Made by a program: the position numbers and the translations under genes
Origin: Bigelowiella natans CCMP2755
Taxonomy: Eukaryota; Protista; Cercozoa
Direction: 5' to 3'
DNA length: 48,611 nucleotides
Assembly: GCA_000320545.1 (NCBI GenBank)
Contig: ADNK01000647.1
Span: forward strand, 1 to 48,611
Notes under the pieces: model-generated
Database searches by the model: none
What the model saw: only the letters and a program-made list of their open reading frames with translations
Told to the model about the DNA's origin: nothing
Shown here: piece by piece, positions 37,711-48,611 of the stretch
Position numbering within the stretch: the stretch's first letter is position 1
Layout: each line of letters begins with the position of its first letter

Positions 37711-38171
37711 CAAACGAACCGCGCATGCACACAGCTACTGGCACTGTAGCCGCCACTTTGCACTGTTACAGCATTCGGCATTAAGGATGACCATTGATAG
37801 AATGTAATTCAATTTGTCATTCATTACATCCGTCTCATACAGCTCTAGATACCATGCAAACCGAAACTTCACTTGCACGAGGGACGAACGTACGTTTGAT
37901 AGGCTTATTTGACCGCATGCCAATAATTTATAGCGGGGTTTTGATTCTTGGACTATGTTAATTATGTGAACTATATAAGCGCCGCTTCGGAAAGAAAGAT
38001 GAGGAAGGGAGAGTCTTATTATTGAAGCTGGAAAGGGGTTCTACTTGCGTCGGCGCTCATCTTCGCTCACCAGCGGTCCTTGCTCACGGTTCCCTCCCCT
38101 TCGTATCGCTATCGTTGCGAATACTCTTCCTATGTTTATCATCTTCCAACAATGCAGCTACTTCCATTTCC

Positions 38172-40101
38172 TCATTCGTCAGACGCCAGGACCCAAGGAG
38201 ATTCTTGCTCCTGCCCGCCACCGTCCTTCGCAGGATGCAGTTCTTGACGCCGAGGCCTCTGCTCTTGCTGCTGCTTCTGCCAGCTATTCGTGTAGTGTTG
38301 ACTCTCTCTGGTATCAAGGATGGTCTCCACCTCCCTAGCTGCGTCTTCGTAGCGGAGGCCTGCGTAGACCTTCACGCGGACCGTTTCGATCCCGTGCCGA
38401 TCGCGCAGGTATTGGTCACGAATGCGGTCCCTCCGGAGGTCCTTCCTCCGCTTGGAGACATACCCATCCAGCTCCACGTTGGTGCGTGTGGCCGGGTCGT
38501 AGATGTCCATCTCGAATCCGTCCACGTACGTGTTGAATTGAAAAGAGGAGGAGGAGGAGAAAGAGGCGGGGGGACGAGGCAGCGCTAGATGCCGATCGCC
38601 GTTGCTATTTCTTCCTTCCTGCTCATGGATACTAGGCACGATGCTGAAGCTGCTGCTACTACCACCACCGCTGCTGCTAATATTAAATATAACGGGAGAA
38701 CTTTCCGTATCACCCAAGCCTCCCCCCCTTCCATTCCCCGCCGCTGCCTCCGCCCGCTCCTGCTGCCGTCGGAGGAGGTGGTCTTGTATCCTGGCCTCGA
38801 GAGAGTTTCTCGTTACTCCCGACATGAGCTCCAGCCTCAAGTTATATATGCGCGAGACGTACGCTGGTATCGGCTCGCCGAGCAGCCACAGCACCTGCAC
38901 CTGATGTGTGGTTAAGACGCATGAATCACAGCCGCCCTCATTCAAAAACAGAGGAGGGGGGTAAGAGACACAACTAGAAATACGTTTTATTCCATCGCGC
39001 CGCCACCATATTCAGCACCAACACTGCTAGTTGCTGCTCATACTTTTCACCACAGCTGCGTACGCTATTGCTACTGCGAACAACTACGACCGCGCGCATC
39101 GAGTATTTACCAGCGATTCAATCCCACGAAGTTCGTCTTCCAAACTTTCTGGCAGCTCCAGCATCAACTTCTCGTCCAACCACTCGTTCTGGTTCGTTTC
39201 TTTTTCTTCGTCCTCTTTATTCATGCTCCTAGGCACATCGTAGCCGCCGTTGCTGTTATTGCCCTGCTGCCTCCTCCTACTACTACCGCGAATGCGGCTG
39301 CCTCGAAAGGCCAGATTGTTGTTGGTCTTGAGGGACTCTAGGGTAGCATTGAGCTCATTCTCATCGCCCAGGTAGTGGACGTGCTCGAGGAGCTTGGTGT
39401 ATATCGGATGGCGAGACTTCATGTGCATCACTCCGTACAGTGCCTGCGAAAGATTCAAGATGCCGAATCTGGAGAAAGGGGGAGAAAGAGGGGAAAGAGA
39501 GGAAGGAATTGGGGAACAGATAAGAAGGCACATTTTATAAACCAATGAGCCGCTTCCTCCCCCCACCCCCCCCTCTCCCTAAATATTCCAATTGATTGAC
39601 TCTGACACGAACGAGACACGGTCACCGTACCCAGATTTCTCCGCCGCCTCCGGCGTTGGAAGATGCTGCGTGATGGCATCTAGCAGTCGCTTCAAACTGG
39701 GATCAATGCTCCTCTTGCTGTCCCCTTCGCTCTCTGTTTGGCTACTGCTGCTGCTGCTGCTGCTGCTGCTGGTGGTGATGGTGGCATCATCCTCCATGGC
39801 TTGCAGCCCGTATAGCATGTTCCCCAGGTGCTGTGAATGAAAGTAGCTTGATGACGATGGAGGCGCCGAGGAAAATGAAGCGGCAGCGAGCTCAATGCGC
39901 GGCGCGATGGCATCAACGATGGCTCGGACAGGCGGGGAGAGAGGAAGCCCTTGCAGCCCAAAGATTGCATTTGAAATAGCCTGAGGAGACAAGAGCAAGT
40001 GAGCACTTGAGGGGAGGCGAAATCGGATCGAATGCTTAGGGGAAGAAACATAGTGCTCTCTCTGCGCATGACAGTTGAATCCATATTTTTTTTTCTCTCT
40101 C

Positions 40102-40137
<36 letters not shown>

Positions 40138-41413
40138 TTCGCATCCAAAACACCACCGCCACCTCAACCACACACCTGCGCATCGTCACCACCATCGTCG
40201 TCGTCGTCGTCGATATCATCGGTTGCTCCCCGCCGGAATTCCTTCCAATGGCAGCGTTGCACCGCCTCCGCGACAACGGACAGCATAGAGTCCAGCTCTG
40301 GGCAGTGGTGAATGGCCCTGAGGCCAAAGATGATGTTGCCGATGGCCCATGGATCTATCTCGACGGCGGGTACTACTCCTTCAGTACCGCCCTCCCCCCC
40401 CTCTCCACCATCGTGCCGCAGCAGCTGGCGCAGGTGCCCCTCGAGCAGGTGGAGGAGGCGACGTGCGCCTGCAGAGTCTCCATGCGAGTGCAGGCCAAAG
40501 AGAGCAGCAGACACTTCCTGCAGGCTCATCATCAGACTACTCGCCGTCCCCCCCCCCGCGCCATCCCCGCGCTCAACACCCCGGCCTATCGCTGCCTGCC
40601 ATTGCCGCTCAAGGTGCGCAGCGAGGAAGCCGAGGAGCTCCTCGAGCGCCGTCTGCAGGCTCTCAAGCTCAACCGGGTCCCGGCCATACCGAGGGTCCCC
40701 AGCCAATGCAAGCCCGTAGATCGCGTTGGAGAGCTCCTGCGGCGAGAAGGTGGCGGAGGGGGGCTCGAGGCCCTCCGACACCACGAGGTTTGAAAGGACG
40801 CGGGTCATCTCGCCGCCCTCTAGCGTGTCAACTAGGTACCTCATGCCGTACAAGGAATTCGAAAGCTCTTGCGGCGAGAAGCGCATCGCCGAGGAGGGGG
40901 AGGAGGAGGAGGAGGAGGAGACGGCCTGTGAGCGGGTTGCGACGAGTCTAAGCTCCCTGAGGATAGCTGCTGCCTCTGGACAATGGTTCGTGTTACGGAG
41001 ACCGTAGAGAGCATTTGCGATCATTCTTGATGTCGCCCTGCCCCTTACCTGGCCTATCAGCGGTGCGAGGGAGCGGAGAATGGCGCGCGTACCGAGCGAC
41101 TCCGGGATCCCGTGTAGGGAGTATAACGCAACCCCCACGCCCTGGTTGTCAATGCCTGATGAGGAGGGAGGGAGTGAGTTAATGAATGGAAGAAGGATGA
41201 TGGGTGATGTTGATGCACCGACGGTGATACATACTACCGATTGTGGTTATCAATGCGCGATGATGACCCATTATGACCACATTCAGCATATGCGTTCAAC
41301 CTGCCCCCCCCCCCCCCTGTATAAAGGGGCGGGTGGTCCCCGGGCCTTTTCAAGCCAAGATATGCGTATGTACACCCCCTCTCACACACACACACACACA
41401 CTCCCCCCACCGC

Positions 41414-41474
<61 letters not shown>

Positions 41475-41810
41475 TGTTGGAACTGTACAAGTGTGGAGTT
41501 CCGTTTATGTGTGCGTGTGTATGCTGCCAAGGAATGAGACAAGTGCCTTGAGCCCTCAAAGCAGGTTCTCACCCCCCACCATTAACTAGCTAAATCCTAC
41601 TTCTACTGCAGTTCACCTCTGAAGAAGGGGGGGGGGAGACGATGATGTTCCGTAGACCATAGAGACAATTAGAGAAGCTCTGTGCCGAGAATGAGGGGGA
41701 AGGGAAGGCTTGGACGGCGCACGTGATCGACCTCAGCAAGCGAAGGAGGGAGGAATTAGGAAGAAATCTGATCACGTTCTGGAGCCCGTAGAGAGTATTC
41801 GAAATTGCCT

Positions 41811-41845
<35 letters not shown>

Positions 41846-42008
41846 GTATTATAATATGTAAACAGTGTGCAAATTCATTCATGCGGAAGGCATTATCGGA
41901 AGGAAGCATGCAGCACGTACGCCTGCACGCAAATAATGTGACGACGGAGATGTAGAGTTCAGTTGTCTCCACCTAGCTAGTGGGACCGCAACGACGATGG
42001 CAATAACA

Positions 42009-42044
<36 letters not shown>

Positions 42045-42561
42045 TGCAACGACGAAGACGCCAGCTGCTCGAATGTATGGCCGTGAAGATGGAGTCCCCA
42101 GCCTCCCCCCCCCCCCCCCCCCCCCCGCTTTACTTTTCAACGTCTAAGCCTTTTGTGGAGGCTTGCTACCCCACCTGTTCGGTTAACGGCTCTGTGTCCC
42201 ACAGCACCTTATCTATGAGCAAATCGGCGGCACGAATCACGCCAGGAGAGTCTCCTGGGAGACTCTGGAGACCGTAGAAAGCGCAACCAACCTGTATCAC
42301 AACGACGGCAATGATGATAATTGGTTATGGTGATGATAAACACGTCGTTAGTGCCCCGCTTGTGATATGCTCACGGGACTGATGATTGGGGGGGGGTTGT
42401 TGTTTTCCACATACGTACCTCTTGCGATGTGAGGTACTCTGTTCTGCTCCCGCTTCTGGGTGACGTGTCGTCCAGAAGGACCTCCTCCGCCACGCGTAGC
42501 AGCTCTGTGTGCGGGCGATGACGATAATGAATAAAAAATAACGATGATCAAGAGGACGATA

Positions 42562-42596
<35 letters not shown>

Positions 42597-43583
42597 AGCG
42601 ACCAGAACAATAAATCGACGTCGCACTGATCTTTCACCGATGCATCTTTTCATTTTGCCCCCCCCCACCCAAGACCCTCACTCTTACACAGAAACGCACA
42701 CAAACCTTCAAGCTCTGGAGAGGACTCGCCTATACGCTGCAGTCCGTAATAGAAATGGCCGATGCCTACCGCGGAGAGCTGCAGCTGATTCTTCGTCTTC
42801 CCGCTGCTCCTTGCCGACGACAAAGACTGTTTGCTCGACTGCAGGATGCAGGACGACAACGCACGGAATAGATACCGCACCTCGGCGCAATCCCTGAGAT
42901 TCTAAATGCAGGAGGGAAAGCAGAAGGCAATTATCACCTGTGATTACACACGCTACAGTGCTTAGGAGTGGTTGCAGGTAGGGTTAGCTAGCAGCGATGG
43001 TGGAGGAGAGTTGGGTGAGGAGTGAGCGATACCCTTATCCCGTGCATGATGGTGGCAATGCCAAAACCGTCGAGGAACTCGGGAGATCCTTCGATTCTCC
43101 GCGCAAGCTCTACCACGATGCGGCGAACCTCTCCGGAGTCCTCCAAGTATCCGAGTCCTGCGTCGAGTTGGAAGGTGGTCGTGGGAGAAAGACAACAAGA
43201 GAATGATCACAATCCATCTTCCCACCTCTCGCCCTTTCTCTCCCTCTCGCTCTCTCTTCCTCTATGCGAGTGCATATACAGAACACACCGACCCACCACC
43301 GGCAATAACTACAATGACGACGACAATGCAGATGCCCCATTCACCTTTAAATGCCTTGGTGATATCGCGGATCCTCCAGGTATCAGGTGGGGAGTTCTCC
43401 ACCGCCTTTCGTAGGCCATACATCACATCCTCCGCAGCGGACGCCTTCCACCCGCTGATGGACGATAAACCTAGAAGTGCTCCGGAGATGACTCCCGAGG
43501 ACACAGTGCCGCTGCCGATATGGCTCGCACTACCTCTGCCCCGGCTATTGTTGTTGTTGCCGTTGCTGCCTCTGCTGCTTCTG

Positions 43584-43621
<38 letters not shown>

Positions 43622-44076
43622 GCTATTACTATTAAATCCACTTCTACTTATGCTACTATTTTTCTTAATGGTACTACTGACGCCCGTGCCACTCGTCTCT
43701 GCGCAAGTCGTCGCCTTCGTATCCCCCTCCCCCCCCTCGTCCTCCTCTGCCAACTTCGGTCGAAGCCTCATAGCACGGAACTCCTGGCGAAGGTATTCAC
43801 ACTCTATTCCTTCCTTTGGCAGTTGCATGCGCAGACGTGAAGCGCGGTTTAGGATGGTAGCGAGGGTGGCGAAGGAAAGCTCCTCAGAGCCTTCCGCCCA
43901 CTCGAAGAGCAGCCTTTTGAGAGCTTCTGTTGTGTTGGGGCCTGCCACCGATCGTGTCACGCCCTCAGGGATGTATAGGATATCGACCAGTCTTCGAAAG
44001 CGTTCGTTGTCCTCAGCGGAGAAGAGCGGCGGAGGACTAGCTTGGCCCTTCCGATATAACCTCTGATTGCGCTTAA

Positions 44077-44114
<38 letters not shown>

Positions 44115-44764
44115 CTGTTGCTTGTTCTTCGTTGCTGCTGTCGTTGGCCCTCGATGTCAACCTGCTTCTGTGGCATGAGATAAATATTGCCGCCTCTCGT
44201 TGGTTGCGAACGACCAAACGCATCACTCCTACCCCTCCCTCGGCCTCGGCGACCCCGTGCGGCAAGTTGAACGTTGGGCGATGTTCCGCGGGGAGAGGGA
44301 AGCGAAGAGTTGGAGCGCCTCGTTTTCATGGAGTTCCTATCATTTGAACGTTTTTGGCTTGGCATATAGTCACCAAGTCTCTGACTGTGTCTTCCGTCGG
44401 CGCTTCTAGACCATCTGCTGCTGCTGCTACTGCTACTGCTACCGCTCGTAGTACCGTAGGTGACGCCGGGTCGCCACAACACAGGCCTCAGAAGGTAGAA
44501 ATGTCCATTAGTTAGTCCTATACTCTTACTGGAGGTAGTGGCCACACTGGATCGCGGAAAGAGAGTCCGGGATCGGTATTGTGCCACCCGCTGGGGGGCC
44601 GGAGTGCCGGTGTGACGCCTCTCAACCCACCCCCTCTTCGGCGAATGGAACAGTAAGAGGCCGACGCCGAAGCAAACAACAAGGATACTGCGGACGTAGA
44701 AGATAACATGTGAGAATAAAATCGAACGTGACCTTCGAAAGGTTCTAACGCTAAGGCTGTCCAT
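38172..44764 (-). CDS. Helical-repeat (OPR/HPR-like) RNA-binding protein with C-terminal RAP-like domain, probably organelle-targeted
   Basis: ATG 44764 is followed by a hydrophobic stretch (ILVVCFGVGLLLF) and an R/S-rich segment. About 17 repeats of consensus (F/L)SxQx(I/L)(S/G)NxLYGL(Q/R) span the exons. The last exon has DGFEMDIYDPATRTNVELDGYVS...RDRIRDQYLRDRHGIETVRV (RAP-like). One internal junction near 41200-41600 is unresolved. Confidence 0.8.
41383..41472. repeat. (CA)n/(TA)n microsatellite in an intron of the RAP-protein gene
   Basis: Directly visible. Confidence 0.9.
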
Positions 44765-45311
44765 CTAAAACTGCCACAGCGCCAGGGGGGGGGTCAGCTC
44801 TTGGGCATCGCTTCGATACCCAAGAGGTTTTGACGAAAACGACCACAATTTTGCCATGTATTGTTGAATTATCCCTTGTCGCAAGGGAAAATAGAGGTCG
44901 GTGGGTTTCCGGCACGGAAAAGAGGATTTTGCTATGTTCTACTTGCCCGACTGGTGAAAAATTCATCAAAGAAATTTCTTGAGATTTTCTTTCGGCTGCT
45001 TTTGACCGAGAATTTGGATAAAGCTCCTAGTTTGTGTTGGGACGGTATCGCAGGGATATTTATTGGAATATTATCTAATAAAACTTATACCATCGACAGA
45101 ACAACCGCTAGAATAATCAACTACCATCAACCAACAATACGCTACCCGAGCTGGGACAGGCCGAAGCGGCATTCTGTGTTGATCTCTAATGGCTGTAACT
45201 CCTGACAGCTGAAAGGGCTCCCTCCCTCCCGCAGGTACTGAACGCATTATATTCCTATTTGGACAGCGCAGTCATCGTACAGTTTGCCCGAATCTTTTTA
45301 GGCTTTTGGCT
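44765..45311. promoter_or_regulatory. Putative bidirectional promoter between the RAP-domain gene and PRORP
   Basis: About 550 bp, AT-rich and free of microsatellites, between divergent start codons. No specific element identified. Confidence 0.45.
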
Positions 45312-47365
45312 ATGGTCCTTGCGAAGCGGTTCAGAACCGCGCTGCAGGAGCTCAGAACCTGGCTGCAACACCAGCAACATGGAACTGCCCAGCTGCCAGA
45401 AAGACTGAGGGGAAAAGCGAGGGCGACTGAAGGAGGAGAGGAAATCAAAGGTCACCAAACGTGATAAAATAATCAAAGATGAGGATGAGAACGGCGATGC
45501 TTGACTGACACGCAGGTGGGGACAGAGGGTGGAAGAGAAAATGCAGGAAGCTCCTCAATACGAAGTCAGATCCATCTTCGAAGCGGGAGAAGTACCCAAA
45601 GTTGCATATGGTTCCAAAGACACTACTCAATCCGAAAGAAGGCGGCGATTGGGGGGGGGCGGGGCCAGATTCATCGGCCCAACACGTGTCTTCATCCTCG
45701 CACCTTTCTTCTTCGTCCGTTCATCCCCAATCAACTGCGACCTATGGTGCTACTATGGACAGTGCTATCCGCAAGGCAACGGTTGATGAGCGCGATGAGT
45801 TCTTAGAGGTGTGTGATAGGGGGGACGTCAGCGAGGCACTGAGGCGGCAGTGGGACTTCGTCGATCGCGGCGTTGCATTGCACCTCAAAGCAACGGAGCG
45901 CCTATGCCACGCCCTAACGGAAAACCTACACCTGGAGATTAGCGAAAGGAAGAGAATCAAGGCGGGAGAGAAGCCGAGCGACCCTGCGGCACATGAGGAG
46001 GACGGGTCGGATTCAAAAGGCGAAGGCGGAGAGAGAGTAGGGGGTGAGGTCGCTGCCACCCCTGCCTCCACCGCCATGCCCATAGACATTGCATTCGAAG
46101 CGGAGCGCCTCTTCGCCTATATCAACGCGGCTGGCGATGCGTACTGCAAGCAGATGTCCTACGGCATGCTGGTTCGTGCGTACCTTGTCGAAGGGAAAGA
46201 GGAGGCAGCCACCGCTCTGGTGAAGGACCTGGAATCGTCGTCCTCTCTTCGTGCGCAGAGCCTTAGACGGGACCTGCGAGCTGTAGACCGGCGAAAGATG
46301 ATTCGGCGGTGCAAACGCGAACTCATACGATTCTACACACGAAAGGGCTCCGTTTCCGCGTTCCAGCGCGTCGGCGAGCTTCTGAGGGATGGGGGGAGCA
46401 CCCAGCTCACGCCGGTAAACATGCTGTGCGTGACATTCCTCGCTACCAATTCTTTGATTTTTAGCTTGCTTCATGAACACTGAGCATCATGCACGACATA
46501 CAAGAAGAGGGGGGAGGGGGCGCGCGGGGGTGATGTAGGGAAGAACAAGTACCACGAGACTAGTAACGTCTGTTTTGTTGTTCGTCAGAGTGCCCTGCAC
46601 ACCGTATGCATCGAAGCCCTCTCTCATATGCCTCCCTTGAGATATGATGACCTTGCGGGAGGCGGCTGCAGTGAGGTCTTAGGCGAGTTACTCGGGCACC
46701 TGAAGTCTAATGGATTTCAGCTCCCATTCCGAGACGCTGTCAGCATAGCTCAGCAGTGGGTAATGAGTACCATCGCAGATCATTTTCATCATCATTTGCA
46801 TCACTGATTTCGCCGCCGCCACTGCCAATATAGTTGACCTACGCACTATATGTAAGATGCGTCGCATCATATCGCATCCTGCAAATACGTACATTACATC
46901 TCACACCACGAACAACCAACAGATGGGCGAGAAAGGGCCTCCCCAAATCATTTCAGAAGTTGAACCCCCCCCCCTCCAAGGCAGGGCTGTGGATGGAGAG
47001 AGGGGGGGTGAAATGGATCGACGCTGGCGAAAAGCGCAAAGCGCCCTTTATTTCACCCCCCCTTCTCCTGCTGCTGCTGGTGCTGGTGGATATTTGAAAA
47101 ACGCGGCGGACAATGGAGAACACGGCTTCTCCCCTACCCCCCTCCCCCCCTGGGACCTATCCCCGGCTGTGCTCTACTCACGAAGGCAGGAGGAGGCTGA
47201 GAGAGGGGACCAACGCGATGGATGGCAACATGATCATTGGTGCTCATGCCCTCTGAGGCCACTGTTTCTAGACAACGCGACAAAGACGGTGGGAGTTGGC
47301 GGATAGCAACAAATAATAACACCATTCGTGGAAATAGTTGTAGAAGCACTTTATAGTATTGGCCG

Positions 47366-47405
<40 letters not shown>

Positions 47406-48076
47406 ACAGCAGCAGCATCAGCAGCAGCAACAGTAGTAGCGAGCGCAAGAGCCGCGTAGACGGTCATACAGAGTAGGGAATACATGCTGGGTGATGATGA
47501 TGATTGATGATGATGATGATAATGATGATGATGAGCTATGTTGTGGCCTTCTTCTTCTTCTTCTTTTTCTGCTCGCTCCTCAGTCGCCCTTGCCTGTCCA
47601 AATGCCCCCCCCCCTTTCCTTTGTTCCTGCTGCAGATGGCCCGCCAGCTGATTAAAGCGGAGCTGGGGAGGACCACAGCATCTGAGAGTAGAGATAGGGT
47701 TCTCCAGGTACATCTTTGAATGCCACAGGCCTGCTACTTCAATCCTTCTAGTGTTACTACAAGTATAAGTAGTAAAATTTCTTTGAGGCCGCCGCGCCTA
47801 CTTCTACATCTCATCATCTGCGAGGACAGCGTTAATGTAGCTGCTAAATGTGTATGCAAAGGAACTGGAGAATATAGTGGCCTCCCAGCACGTCAGTGTC
47901 GTGGTGGATACGGTAATAATACATCGTTGATTTGGGAGCAGGGGGGGCACTGCTCCACTTCAAATATATATCCCTCCCCCCCTTCCCATTCTTATTCTTT
48001 ATTTCTACACGTGTAATGTAAATAACATATTATGCCTGTGGTGGAACTCCATACACCTATAGATGCACACACACAC

Positions 48077-48113
<37 letters not shown>

Positions 48114-48353
48114 GACGCCTTATATGCGTTTAATACTGCAGGCGAACGTGGCATACCACAGGCAAAACTTCCTCGGCGGCCAATTTTCCTATAGACAGGT
48201 GCGTGCTCAGCAGCTCGAGAGAGAAAGAAATAGAGATGAGAATGGGGCATTGCTGTGCCAAAACGGTGCAAACTACATAGGTTTCTCCCTTGATTTTGCT
48301 TCTTGAGTGGGTGGGAGACGGTGTTATTCAGCTCCTTTTTGTGGGGAGCGTTG

Positions 48354-48393
<40 letters not shown>

Positions 48394-48454
48394 GAAACAC
48401 TGCATATGTTGCAATAAATGTAGCTTCTTTGTTCCTTTCTCTATTGTATGCGTT

Positions 48455-48494
<40 letters not shown>

Positions 48495-48611
48495 GCTTTT
48501 GTGTGTACCCCTTCTCTGCAGGTTGAGGCTGTCAGGCAGATGCTTCTTGATGAGGGTGAAAGGTGTGATGGCGACGACGACGACAACGACGACGATGATG
48601 ATGATGATGAT
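45312..48611 (+). CDS. PRORP: PRORP-like protein-only RNase P (PPR motifs + NYN domain), 3' end outside window
   Basis: PPR-like segment MSYGMLVRAYLVEGKEEAATALVKDL (~46150-46230), WCSCPLRPLFL at the expected Zn-site position, then spliced ELENIVASQHVSVVVDT|ANVAYHRQNFLGGQFSYRQ|VEAVRQML (47860-48556), matching NYN motif 1 (VIDGAN). The ATG at 45312 (MVLAKRFRTALQELRTW) is inferred. Confidence 0.82.

Noticed and set aside
43203-44066. 287-aa plus-strand ORF with poly-Leu
   Set aside because: Antisense to the RAP gene's first exon; the poly-Leu derives from a (CTA)n repeat.

Overview
This is intron-rich eukaryotic nuclear DNA with microsatellite-filled introns. A chlorarachniophyte-type alga is my guess from intron density and bipartite-looking N-termini; I cannot confirm it. 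Ten protein genes were reconstructed by hand, mostly alternating head-to-head and tail-to-tail: PUS1-like tRNA pseudouridine synthase (-, runs off the left edge); USP32-like deubiquitinase (-); ROK1/DDX52 DEAD-box helicase with a probable signal-peptide extension (+); coiled-coil protein with ZNF474-type C2HC zinc fingers (+); intronless CDC123/R2K ATP-grasp protein (-); five-AP2 + SAM protein (+); RPL19 (-); WW-containing MAP3K (+); helical-repeat RAP-domain protein (-); and PRORP-like protein-only RNase P (+, runs off the right edge). The most notable observations are the ~17-repeat 'SNALYGL' RAP protein paired divergently with PRORP, the AP2x5-SAM gene with an intron at the same codon in every AP2 domain, a possibly nucleomorph-targeted ROK1, a non-canonical intronless CDC123, and CTAG/TGCA-rich tracts at gene 3' flanks. 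Some exon joins are uncertain. Most short ORFs in the supplied track are shadow or microsatellite ORFs.
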